Shown: piece by piece, positions 39,201 through 45,112 of the stretch
Layout of the letters: each line of letters begins with the position of its first letter
How positions within the stretch are numbered: the first letter of the stretch is position 1
Source of the DNA: a virus
Direction: 5' to 3' (one strand)
Length of the DNA stretch: 45,112 nucleotides
Virus record (IMG/VR): IMGVR_UViG_3300035670_000053
Position numbers and translations under genes: made by a program
The notes under the pieces: model-generated
Seen by the model: only the letters and a program-made list of their open reading frames with translations
Told to the model about the DNA's origin: nothing
Databases searched by the model: none

Positions 39201-42200
39201 AAAAACAAATATTGATAATTTAGGTAGAGTTGTATCAGTAACTATTGTAAATGCAGGAAACAATTTTAGCGTAGAGCCGGAATTAATCGTTAGGCCATTT
39301 ACTGTAATTGTAGAAAATGATTCCACATCAAGAAATCGCTGGGCAAAATATGAATATATAAAATCTAGTGATTCATGGGTTAAAATAGCAACACAAAAAT
39401 TTAATACTCCGTTATATTGGGATTATATAGATTGGAAATCTGATAACTATAATCAATATATTGATTATGAATACACTATAAATGATGTATATGAACTTAG
39501 TAAATTACAAAATGTAAATGCAGGTGATTATATAAAAATTAATAATGGTGGAGATAATAGATTTATAATTTTGGAAAAAACTAGCGTTGATGAAATTGGT
39601 AATTTTTCAAATGATTATAATTTAGTATATAGTCAGAATGGAACAATAAAAATAAAAGATGATGTTTGGGATTTTGAAAATAATAACTTGTCATTTGATA
39701 CTAATTTATTTGATCAAACATTATATGATCAAACCCCAGACATTGAAACCGAGTATATATTAAAAGCTATTAAAGATGATTTATTCATTAATGATTTAAA
39801 GATAAACTGGAATTTATTTTTCTTTAAAGCAATAAAATATGCATTATCTGAGCAAAAGTTTTTAGATTGGGTATTTAAAACTTCATTTATTAATGTAGTA
39901 AATAACGCTGGTAACTTAGATCAACGACCAACATATAAGTTGCAAAACTCTTCATATTATGAAGAATATATTAAAGAATCTAAGCCTTTCCATAGTGTAA
40001 TACGTAATTTTACTGCAAAATTTGATTCACTTGATTTAAGTAATACTTATGTAACAGATTTTGATTTACCTTCAAAATATAATGCATCTACAAATAAATT
40101 TGAGGCAATTACTCTTTCAGATGAATTAATAGATACTTATCCTTGGAAATCTTGGAAAGATAATTATACATATTTTGTTAATAATATAGTTATCGTAAAT
40201 GCTGGATCAAATTATTTGTTTGCACCAGAAGTAACAATTGTACCTAATGAAGGCGATAGTGGTTCTGGAGCTACTGCTAAAGCATATATCAGTGATGGTA
40301 AAATATCATTTATTGAAGTAACAAATAGGGGGTCAGGATATACTAAACCGCCAAATATAATATTTTCTGGAGGTGGTACAACTGATAATTCTGCTGCTGC
40401 ATATGCAGTCCTTAGAAATAATAAAGTTAGAACAAATAAAATAGGTATGAGATTTGATAGAATATCAAAAAATATTCCTGTTTTAAATAACAATATTACT
40501 GACAGATTTATATGTAATGGATTTAGAAAGCAGTTTACACTATCATGGTTATGTGATCCTAACGACTCATCTTTTACTGTATCCTTAGATGGTAATATAG
40601 TATTACGATCTGAATATAGTTTGGTATTTGGTATAGATTCAGTAACATATAATTATAACAAAAAAGTTGCTAGGGTAGTATTTTTAAATAGAGTTCCTGA
40701 AAGTGGACAACTTCTTGTTGTTAATTATAAAAAATCATTGGATAATTTAAATGCAAATGAAAGAATTTACACATTTTATACAGCAACTGAAAATACTAAT
40801 ATTGGTTTAGATTTACCGCAGTTAGTTGATGGAATAGAGTATAAAAATTTACAATTAAGTGGATTGGATTTTAACTATTCTACTGTATGGGGATCTGATT
40901 ATCAAACTTATGGAAACTCATGGTATGGAAATGATATAAATTCATATTATGTATATCAATTGACTCAACCTGCTATTGCTGGTACTGATACTATTGTGGT
41001 GTCAACCACTACTGGTATAACAGTTGGTCAAGAACTTAATATAATTAGTTATGATCAAAGTTTATCAACTTCTACTGTAATTTATGATCAATCTTTAATT
41101 AGTAGCGCATCTGTTTATGTATCAAATGTTAATAGTGTTAATAATACAATAAAAATTAGTTCAACAATAACTCAAAATTTAAATCCTGTTACATATAATA
41201 CATATGTTAATGGAACACAAACAACATTAACACGCATTGCACAAGTTGAATTTTGGTCTACAAATAATGATTCTGAACCATTAGATACAATATACGAAAG
41301 TGGTTCTTGGACTAATGGTTTATTTATAAATGCATTAGGAATAAATCCAGAAGACGTTACTTTAGATGGTAGTGATTTTTATTCTAGTAATGTTATAAAT
41401 TCAACTGAAGAATTTGTTCCAGGTTTAGTTGCGGATACAATTGCAATCAATGTATATACAAAAACATCAATAAACCCACCATTAGTATTTACGGGTCATT
41501 TTAATGTAAGACCGGGCGTATTTTTTACATCACAAAAATTATCTATTGTTCCGCCTGCCGGAGAATATTTAACTGTTGTATTTAATGGTGTTATATTTAA
41601 ATTTAACAGTTTTGTACGAGATTATGTTTCTGATTGGACAAGTACTGAAGAATTTACCATAAATTGGGATACTAATGAATTGGTTATACCTGAACAATTT
41701 AGTTCTGGTATTTGTACTTATACTCTTTTGGGTATCGGTGGTGGTAGAGAAGATTTTGAGTCAGGAGTTTTAGATTTTGCTACTGCTACTGCTGAAAATA
41801 CTACAACTATACAGGTGCAAAGTTTGGCTGGATATAATTCTGTCAATAGTGCATATGTTTCATTTAATGGTATTGCAATACCGGAAAAAGGAACTCCGGG
41901 TGCACAAAACTATTATGAAATAGTACCAGCATCGAATGATAATAGAAGAGCGGCAGTTAATATAACTTTTATAAATTCGCCATTCGCAAAAAACACAGCC
42001 AGCGCATGGTTCTTTTCTAATCCTTATAAGTATTTTAATGAAGTAAAAGAACAAGAATTTGTTATAACAACTCTAGTAAATATAGTTACATTACTATATC
42101 CTCCTGGGAAATCAGAACCACATGTTGCTAACATTATAGTTGAAATCGCTGATTCAAATGGAAGAAGAAGATTAAATCCTCCTAACATTGAATATTACCA

Positions 42201-43998
42201 AGTTAATAGTTCATTATCTTATGTTTACGCCATAGATAATAAAACTACAAGAGCACCTGGTACATTTAGTATATCAAATACTAGAGTATATATTAATGGT
42301 AAAACTTTAAGACCAGGATTTGATTTTACAGTAAATTCTGTTGATAGTACAGTTAGTATAGTACCAACATTAATATCAATTAGAGATACTGTTGCTGTTG
42401 TTGGGTTTGTAACAGGTGAATATGATTATAATGTAATTGGTGATAAATTAGTATTATCAACATCTTATGAAAACGTTGTAATTAAAGCTATAACATTTAA
42501 TGACCATGATAATATGTTGGTTCAAACTGAAAAATTTGTTGGTAATCCAAATCGTAGATATAAAATTTCTAGACCTGTTTTAAACGATAATTATGTATGG
42601 GTTCAAGTAAATGGAATACCATTATCAAGTGGATTAGATTATGAAATTTTAGATGATCAAGTTACAATACAAATTAGTGATCTACATAATCACACTACTA
42701 GTGACACAATTGTTATAATGAGTTTAACAAGTGTAAACGCTAATTCTGCTGTTTTAGGATATAGAATACACAATGATATATTCAATAGAACACATTTCAA
42801 GAGATTGAGTAAAAGTGGAACAACTTATTTGACTAGAGAACTTAAGTTTACTGATACTGAAATACATGTAGCAGATTCTGAAGCATTAATGACTCCAAAT
42901 AAAAGAAAGAAAATACCTGGTGTAGTTATTATTGACGGAGAACGAATTGAATATTTTAAAGTACAAAATAATGTATTAAAACAATTAAGACGTAGTACTT
43001 TAGGAACAGCGCCAAGTGAATACTGTGAAATTGGAACTAAAGTTATTGATCAAAGTATAAATCAAACAATTCCATATAGTGAAAGAATTTTAAGACAAAA
43101 ACACAAAACTATACAAAATGTTAATACATATTCGATATTGACTACTTCTACCCAATTAAATGGTGATGGTATAGTGCTATCTACTGGAACATTCTATGCG
43201 GAATTGGTAACAAGTAATTTTAATAAAACTTTAGCAAAAACTTATGGTGATTTAACTTTGAATATGGCACAAGGTGTAATACCAAAAGATAATTCTTATG
43301 ATATTGATGGTGATGGTGATGTAACATTGGTTGACGCTATTAAATATCTTGAAATAAGTAGCGGTAGTCAGTTAGATGTAATACCACCTATTGGATCTAA
43401 ATTTTATGATATAGTTAAAAAAGATTATGAATTTAATTCAATAGATCAAGTGGAGATATTTTATGGTGGTAGAAAATTAAATAAACATGGGTATTATAAT
43501 CAAGATATTTCATTATCGTATGATACTCCTAACTTTAATTTAATAGGAACTGTACCAACAGTAAACGATTTACCAACAACAGCAACATTTTATGATGCAT
43601 ATTTGGTTACATCTACCAATCAATTATGGATGTATGAGAATTTATTAAATGAAGATTCATTTAAAGGATTCAAATATAGAGGTGTAAATTACATAGAGCC
43701 TGAATATACTATTAATACTTCAACACAACAAATACATCTAAATATTAAGTCTGGCATACAGAATAATATAAATTTGGTTATACTTAAAAAGGAAATAGAT
43801 AAATCTAGTTTGTGGAATATAGATGAAAATAATACAACAACCGTATCAATTTTAGAATCTGTTTCTAAACAGGCTAAGTTTCTACAAAGAGAGCCATCTG
43901 AGTTACCAAATGATTATTATTATGGTGGATCTAAATTTTTAATGGATGGTAATGGATTTATTCTAACAGATGATGATGGAAATTCATTGGAGCAATAA
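30286..43998 (+). CDS. Giant 4570-aa virion/baseplate wedge protein (gp7-like position), multi-domain
   Basis: Uninterrupted ORF overlapping the gp6 end; starts 'NLLPEFL'; 'FIKEKGT', 'KPFHSVIR'; FG-GAP-like repeats, S-G-x-G-Y repeats, dockerin-like motif. Confidence 0.85.
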   Translation: MSNKKIKSVNLLPEFLRTDKNSKFLSGTIDQLIQKPEIERLDGFIGSKLTPNFNSNQDFYINEKDVLKSNYQFEPALILKDNLNNVLDTVSYDDLINEIKFNNGDIKNLNSLFNTDHYSFNPFIDFDKFVNYQDYYWLPTGPQPIKIVGLIADTTSTYTVVDNEALTSFVFTPTGLEEDPIITLYRGNTYNFDINSQYQFYLKTQPTISGSSNLYNEGVTNNGTSTGILSIIIDDNTPDLLYYVGKDSPSTVGKIIVKSFDENSFLDVEKEIVGKKYYKSGNNIELSNGMKVRFGGRVYPEKYRNKDFFVEGVGNEIALVDYEKLISGDFIADIYNDNFDSTPFDTYPFDSFKNLPLDPEYITINRSSRDLNQWSRYNRWFHKDIIEQSAFYNRQLPVFPIDKRAVRPIIEFKPNIKLFNFGINGIDNVDYIDVTTTDVFSNVEGSAGYYVDQELLQEGNTVIFNEDADPLVQGKIFEIHYDFVDNKKVLNLILKDDLSDKISPTVCINSGAEYTGSSWWFNGTKWIYGQQHTQLNQAPLFDVFDNNGESYVRDDSDFKGTKLFGYSEGNIFDKILGLNIKLENSVGIGSYVFKSYLMTDTFNIFYNNEVVRQLSTENGYLKVTNTNNTEFKNSWDSAYEYKSPIIQNTGVASSTSSVLIDSVNFISNETILVNAYLNNKKVDKTEYEIVNVNKSKYINFTNTVSTNTSLLLKIFTSDTPKNNGYYETPLSLSNNPNNTAINELTLSEISDHLKSAIENVNNNSTYKLRDISDINLYANRIIASKNPIVFSEFFIGKKENSILDAIDFCDLQYSQFKMALLKSISEISDETTPSKILDKALKNINQNKDLKSPFYYSDMLGYGSDVVSKKYRVVDTINNVFPIPINFNLDNLSLQSILIYKNGTQLINETEYKFINDESIEVLVDLVSGDEIEIVFYSNTEGCYIPPTPTKLGLYPNFEPKFLYDSTYIDGETKVIQGHDGSITIAFNDYRDDVLIEYERRVFNNIKSTYKNEFLDYNSIIPSAFRKTDYNTLEINQVLQKNFFKWVGLYGVDHTKNSIFDITNSFTWNYKDAYIQSIQIPTSGYWRNIYKFLYDTDRPHTHPWEMLGFSIKPSWWDEEYGPAPYTSNNEILWNDIENGIIKQGDRQGIDKLYIRKNLSLVLPVDEGGNLKTPVEIGIINVNPSKQKLNWVFGDFAPPENVWRKSSSWPFAVQKLLALTKPATYCSLMYDVSRLSKNIANQVTYGDLNKFLSLKNVEVPNNTSVLTSGFSVYIAEYGKYLNVNYISEIISNLNNYDINLYYKIGGFTSKNKIQILMDAYDPVSNNPGSILPNEDYRIVLNESNPTKSFRISGIIIQKLNGKFIVKGYDQTSPYFTIFAPQRNVTTQSITVGGISESYINWSDDNSSASINLSNAETTTAATATYGKFYQQGQIVFYKNNFYRVRVNHRSDGQFNTSYFQVLPSLPIIGGATVQLAKNFDNKETIIQYGTELQTIQEVYDLIVGYGAWLEHNGFVFDDYNKNINEILDWNFSAKEFLYWTTQNWADNSLISISPFSNQVKFKITDSVIDDIFNKFYDYGLLQVNGLPYPKNFITVNRDDEYCVIKTTNDLSGIYFARLNAVQKEHAIVFNNKTIFNDTILDLETGYRQQRVKVTGFKTSNWNGDFNSPGFVYDSAKILEWTEYRDYKYADTVSYANKFYSAKRNIAGTNTFDFNDWVLLSSKPDDDLLPNFDYKINQIEDFYSLDIDNFDQAQNDMAQHLTGYTPRVFLNNIFSDKIAQYKFYQGFIKEKGTKNSLTKLAKATLKNLQGEIDFKEEWAFRVGSFGSYETFKEIEFPLVEGTFYENPQIIKFVDQFVSVPNDLISYQTPSQIVLKPDDYVSSTTFITLNSTFDDNNFKLKSAGYVRLDDIDATALNEDSLIDIANNSLIQENTVIWIGYKNFREWDVLRYENTGVRIVSANSNFDNTEITFKTDKFHNLKSGDIISIVQFDSASNGVYKVARIASLSDFVITKTINDYEILESSLDSPGLLFKFASLRFDNYNNIIPDYKLLSSPYGTNYWIDKNINGKWEVYKKTKNYNPSFNKVKVGANTDQFGKKIFKQKNSNVLLVSAPQEIRNSKYGSVYFYEVINDNIVLKLKYTLNESISYNDNSVNYFGDTLYYDDLNFNNTDYGLLFVGAPYASRMKNAGSIGGVRYSTGTETASVLNEEGVLKISSINPLLFKEKTEFILLSPTPSNYQRFGASVYVQSDTSTKLLIVGAPSSVSTGTGNVYAYSLNAESDQVTITTSTYDLELLPPVALSTGDQWGYSISGNRSGSVVAIAAPGKNQDTGAVYIFNKDTYIQTLTVPSVISTNSRFGEQLLVSEDGNKIVVSAPYTSNSNLSKGTVVIYDRINSSNTFTITQIISNPVEYSEMNFGMSIDINEDKNLLAISALGKNNFVKTTFDNYSGSTNVQYINDNNSVLNQTFTTFDSASTEFFDQVDDTGTVYLYDNKNTRYALCDEVRPTSPIGQDSYGFSVKIDNNKIYIGAPSINTNLNISGFYNFDRINKNISGYEIYRSQDNLIDVDLIRKNSIIDISKEQVIDYLDVFDPLKGKITGVADQELRYKSFTDPAIYTIGSSDVIVDPNRNWLDDQVGNLWWDLSTVKYFWYEQGELSYRKNAWGKIFPGCTIDVYEWVRSEYLPSEWSSLADTPTGLTKAISGQPKYIDNTVVSVKQIVNPLSGSYSNVYYYWVKNKVTIPDVTNRRISSFQVASLIADPVANGVRLIEILSKDAVALANVGTILKDDKIHLNVTYDSIDNRIPKHTEWLLLEENSDKSFPNTLLTKKLFDSLLGHDNIGNLVPDPNVSFRNRYGISIRPRQSLFKDRFAALRNLIEFANSIFVKHPITDKSSFVNLNRKEEIPNFLLNQYDLLVSDNEFLTSGQIETKKLETAVLKANINNGRIVSVTVLSSGFGYIAPPSVKILSDVANNAEIKTNIDNLGRVVSVTIVNAGNNFSVEPELIVRPFTVIVENDSTSRNRWAKYEYIKSSDSWVKIATQKFNTPLYWDYIDWKSDNYNQYIDYEYTINDVYELSKLQNVNAGDYIKINNGGDNRFIILEKTSVDEIGNFSNDYNLVYSQNGTIKIKDDVWDFENNNLSFDTNLFDQTLYDQTPDIETEYILKAIKDDLFINDLKINWNLFFFKAIKYALSEQKFLDWVFKTSFINVVNNAGNLDQRPTYKLQNSSYYEEYIKESKPFHSVIRNFTAKFDSLDLSNTYVTDFDLPSKYNASTNKFEAITLSDELIDTYPWKSWKDNYTYFVNNIVIVNAGSNYLFAPEVTIVPNEGDSGSGATAKAYISDGKISFIEVTNRGSGYTKPPNIIFSGGGTTDNSAAAYAVLRNNKVRTNKIGMRFDRISKNIPVLNNNITDRFICNGFRKQFTLSWLCDPNDSSFTVSLDGNIVLRSEYSLVFGIDSVTYNYNKKVARVVFLNRVPESGQLLVVNYKKSLDNLNANERIYTFYTATENTNIGLDLPQLVDGIEYKNLQLSGLDFNYSTVWGSDYQTYGNSWYGNDINSYYVYQLTQPAIAGTDTIVVSTTTGITVGQELNIISYDQSLSTSTVIYDQSLISSASVYVSNVNSVNNTIKISSTITQNLNPVTYNTYVNGTQTTLTRIAQVEFWSTNNDSEPLDTIYESGSWTNGLFINALGINPEDVTLDGSDFYSSNVINSTEEFVPGLVADTIAINVYTKTSINPPLVFTGHFNVRPGVFFTSQKLSIVPPAGEYLTVVFNGVIFKFNSFVRDYVSDWTSTEEFTINWDTNELVIPEQFSSGICTYTLLGIGGGREDFESGVLDFATATAENTTTIQVQSLAGYNSVNSAYVSFNGIAIPEKGTPGAQNYYEIVPASNDNRRAAVNITFINSPFAKNTASAWFFSNPYKYFNEVKEQEFVITTLVNIVTLLYPPGKSEPHVANIIVEIADSNGRRRLNPPNIEYYQVNSSLSYVYAIDNKTTRAPGTFSISNTRVYINGKTLRPGFDFTVNSVDSTVSIVPTLISIRDTVAVVGFVTGEYDYNVIGDKLVLSTSYENVVIKAITFNDHDNMLVQTEKFVGNPNRRYKISRPVLNDNYVWVQVNGIPLSSGLDYEILDDQVTIQISDLHNHTTSDTIVIMSLTSVNANSAVLGYRIHNDIFNRTHFKRLSKSGTTYLTRELKFTDTEIHVADSEALMTPNKRKKIPGVVIIDGERIEYFKVQNNVLKQLRRSTLGTAPSEYCEIGTKVIDQSINQTIPYSERILRQKHKTIQNVNTYSILTTSTQLNGDGIVLSTGTFYAELVTSNFNKTLAKTYGDLTLNMAQGVIPKDNSYDIDGDGDVTLVDAIKYLEISSGSQLDVIPPIGSKFYDIVKKDYEFNSIDQVEIFYGGRKLNKHGYYNQDISLSYDTPNFNLIGTVPTVNDLPTTATFYDAYLVTSTNQLWMYENLLNEDSFKGFKYRGVNYIEPEYTINTSTQQIHLNIKSGIQNNINLVILKKEIDKSSLWNIDENNTTTVSILESVSKQAKFLQREPSELPNDYYYGGSKFLMDGNGFILTDDDGNSLEQ

Positions 43999-44001
43999 CA
44001 T

Positions 44002-44235
44002 ATGACAAGAGTTACACAAACACCGGTAATAACACCCACTGAAGATACGTATTTCGTCGTAACAGACAACAAATTAGTACGAAGGGTCAATTCAGCTGAT
44101 GTTATTATAAAAACAACTGCGCCTTTAACTAGTTCAAGTACTGGTCTAACAAATAATATATCGTTTGATTCAAATTATTTGTATATATGTATTGCGGAAA
44201 ATACGTGGAAAAGAATAGCTTTAACTTCGTTTTAA
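44002..44235 (+). CDS. Small fibre-associated protein
   Basis: C-terminal 'ISFDSNYLYICIAENTWKRIALTSF' is a module typical of phage fibre proteins; RBS GGAG. Confidence 0.7.
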   Translation: MTRVTQTPVITPTEDTYFVVTDNKLVRRVNSADVIIKTTAPLTSSSTGLTNNISFDSNYLYICIAENTWKRIALTSF

Positions 44236-44254
44236 TAAATCAATAAATATTATT

Positions 44255-44893
44255 ATGAAAACACAAAATATAAAAAATAATGGATGTATACCAAATGAGA
44301 AGTTTGGTGTAAGTGTTCAGGGATATATAAAAATTTATGATCCAATTTCTAAAGAAATTTTCGTTGACAAAAAAAATGCAATACACTATGAAAATTTTAG
44401 TATAGCCCTAGCTAGAGGAATTAGTAATCAAGGCTTTGGTACTATTGCGGAAATGGCGTTTGGTAATGGTGGTACTAGAGTAGACCAAACTGGTATTATA
44501 ACATATTTAACTCCTAATTCTATAGGCTTAAATGCAAGTTTATACAATCAAACATATTCAAAAGTAATAGATCCTAGATTGTCCTCTCAAATAGATATCT
44601 CAAGAAACTTTATGGAAGTTAGACATGTTGCGGGTGCTGTATATTCTGATATATTAGTAAGCTGTTTGCTTGATTTTGGTGAACCTTCTGGTCAAGATGC
44701 TTTTGATAATGCAACATTAATTGAAGGAGATTTTGTATTTGATGAAATTGGTTTAAAGGGTTATAACCCTGATGGGCAAGGAAGTGGTGATTTATTAACA
44801 CATGTTATCTTTCATCCAGTTCAGAAGTCATTAAATAGAATGATACAAATTGATTATACTGTTAGAGTTCAATCATTGACTGTCGGGATATAA
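44255..44893 (+). CDS. Virion baseplate / fibre-attachment structural protein
   Basis: 'KNAIHYEN', 'MAFGNGG', 'FVFDEIGL', 'LLTHVIFHPVQKSLNR'; TAAATA at 44244-44249. Confidence 0.7.
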   Translation: MKTQNIKNNGCIPNEKFGVSVQGYIKIYDPISKEIFVDKKNAIHYENFSIALARGISNQGFGTIAEMAFGNGGTRVDQTGIITYLTPNSIGLNASLYNQTYSKVIDPRLSSQIDISRNFMEVRHVAGAVYSDILVSCLLDFGEPSGQDAFDNATLIEGDFVFDEIGLKGYNPDGQGSGDLLTHVIFHPVQKSLNRMIQIDYTVRVQSLTVGI

Positions 44894-44896
44894 ATA
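44889..44896 (+). promoter_or_regulatory. T4-type late promoter TATAAATA
   Basis: Perfect consensus overlapping the upstream stop codon. Confidence 0.6.
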
Positions 44897-44913
44897 TTTA
44901 ACTGGGAAAAAGT

Positions 44914-45112
44914 ATGCCATATAATTTAAGATTTTCTGACCAATCAAAAATTGAAACAGTTTATGTTCCAGATATGCCACCTGGAGTCAACACGCTTGAT
45001 ACTAGTTTAACTTTTATTGGAAAAAACTATCCAAATTATGTTGAAAAAATAGCTCAAAATTTCTTAAATTTATTAGAAAATTTTGCAAGTCCAATACCGC
45101 CAATTAATCCAA
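44914..45112 (+). CDS. Tail fibre/baseplate protein N-terminus, truncated by the window end
   Basis: MPYNLRFSD...DTSLTFIGKNYPNYVEKIAQNFLNLLENFASPIPPINP; open to the window end. Confidence 0.75.
   Translation, partial: MPYNLRFSDQSKIETVYVPDMPPGVNTLDTSLTFIGKNYPNYVEKIAQNFLNLLENFASPIPPINP

Noticed and set aside
1901-44801. Many short ORFs antisense to or nested in large genes (e.g. 1901..2212, 5519..5887, 7746..8117, 24178..24564, 38469..38948)
   Set aside because: Shadow ORFs of well-supported genes, with no RBS, promoter or recognisable motifs.
1-45112. Stop-codon reassignment (no accepted gene ends in TAG)
   Set aside because: All core genes, including a 13.7-kb ORF, are intact under code 11 with no fragmentation. 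TAA preference is expected at this AT content.

Overview
AT-rich, densely coding segment of a large T4-superfamily myovirus, probably a lytic phage of a divergent environmental or jumbo-like type; the host cannot be identified from this window. The minus-strand block (1-12.8 kb) holds a truncated fibre/beta-helix protein, two virion proteins, the head module (gp23 MCP, gp22 scaffold, gp21 protease, acidic core protein, gp20 portal) and a tape-measure-like gene. A gp26/gp51-like pair follows, joined by a correctly phased -1 slippery site. Next is a ~1.1 kb non-coding island (14486-15604) downstream of a minimal GIY-YIG nuclease, then gp46/gp47 and the gp55 late sigma factor. The plus-strand baseplate module comprises gp48/54-like, gp53, hub, gp5, gp25, gp6, a 4570-aa giant protein and fibre-associated genes. 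T4-type late promoters (TAAATA) precede most structural genes, and sigma70-type promoters precede gp55 and gp47. The most interesting unexplained structure is the non-coding island. It contains a GC-enriched, multi-hairpin ~400-nt putative ncRNA directly 3' of the GIY-YIG gene, a perfect 70-bp direct repeat 449 bp apart, and three cruciform units with different stems but related loops. It could be a nuclease-associated RNA system, a replication origin, or both. All assignments come from motif recognition and synteny by eye; no searches were run.
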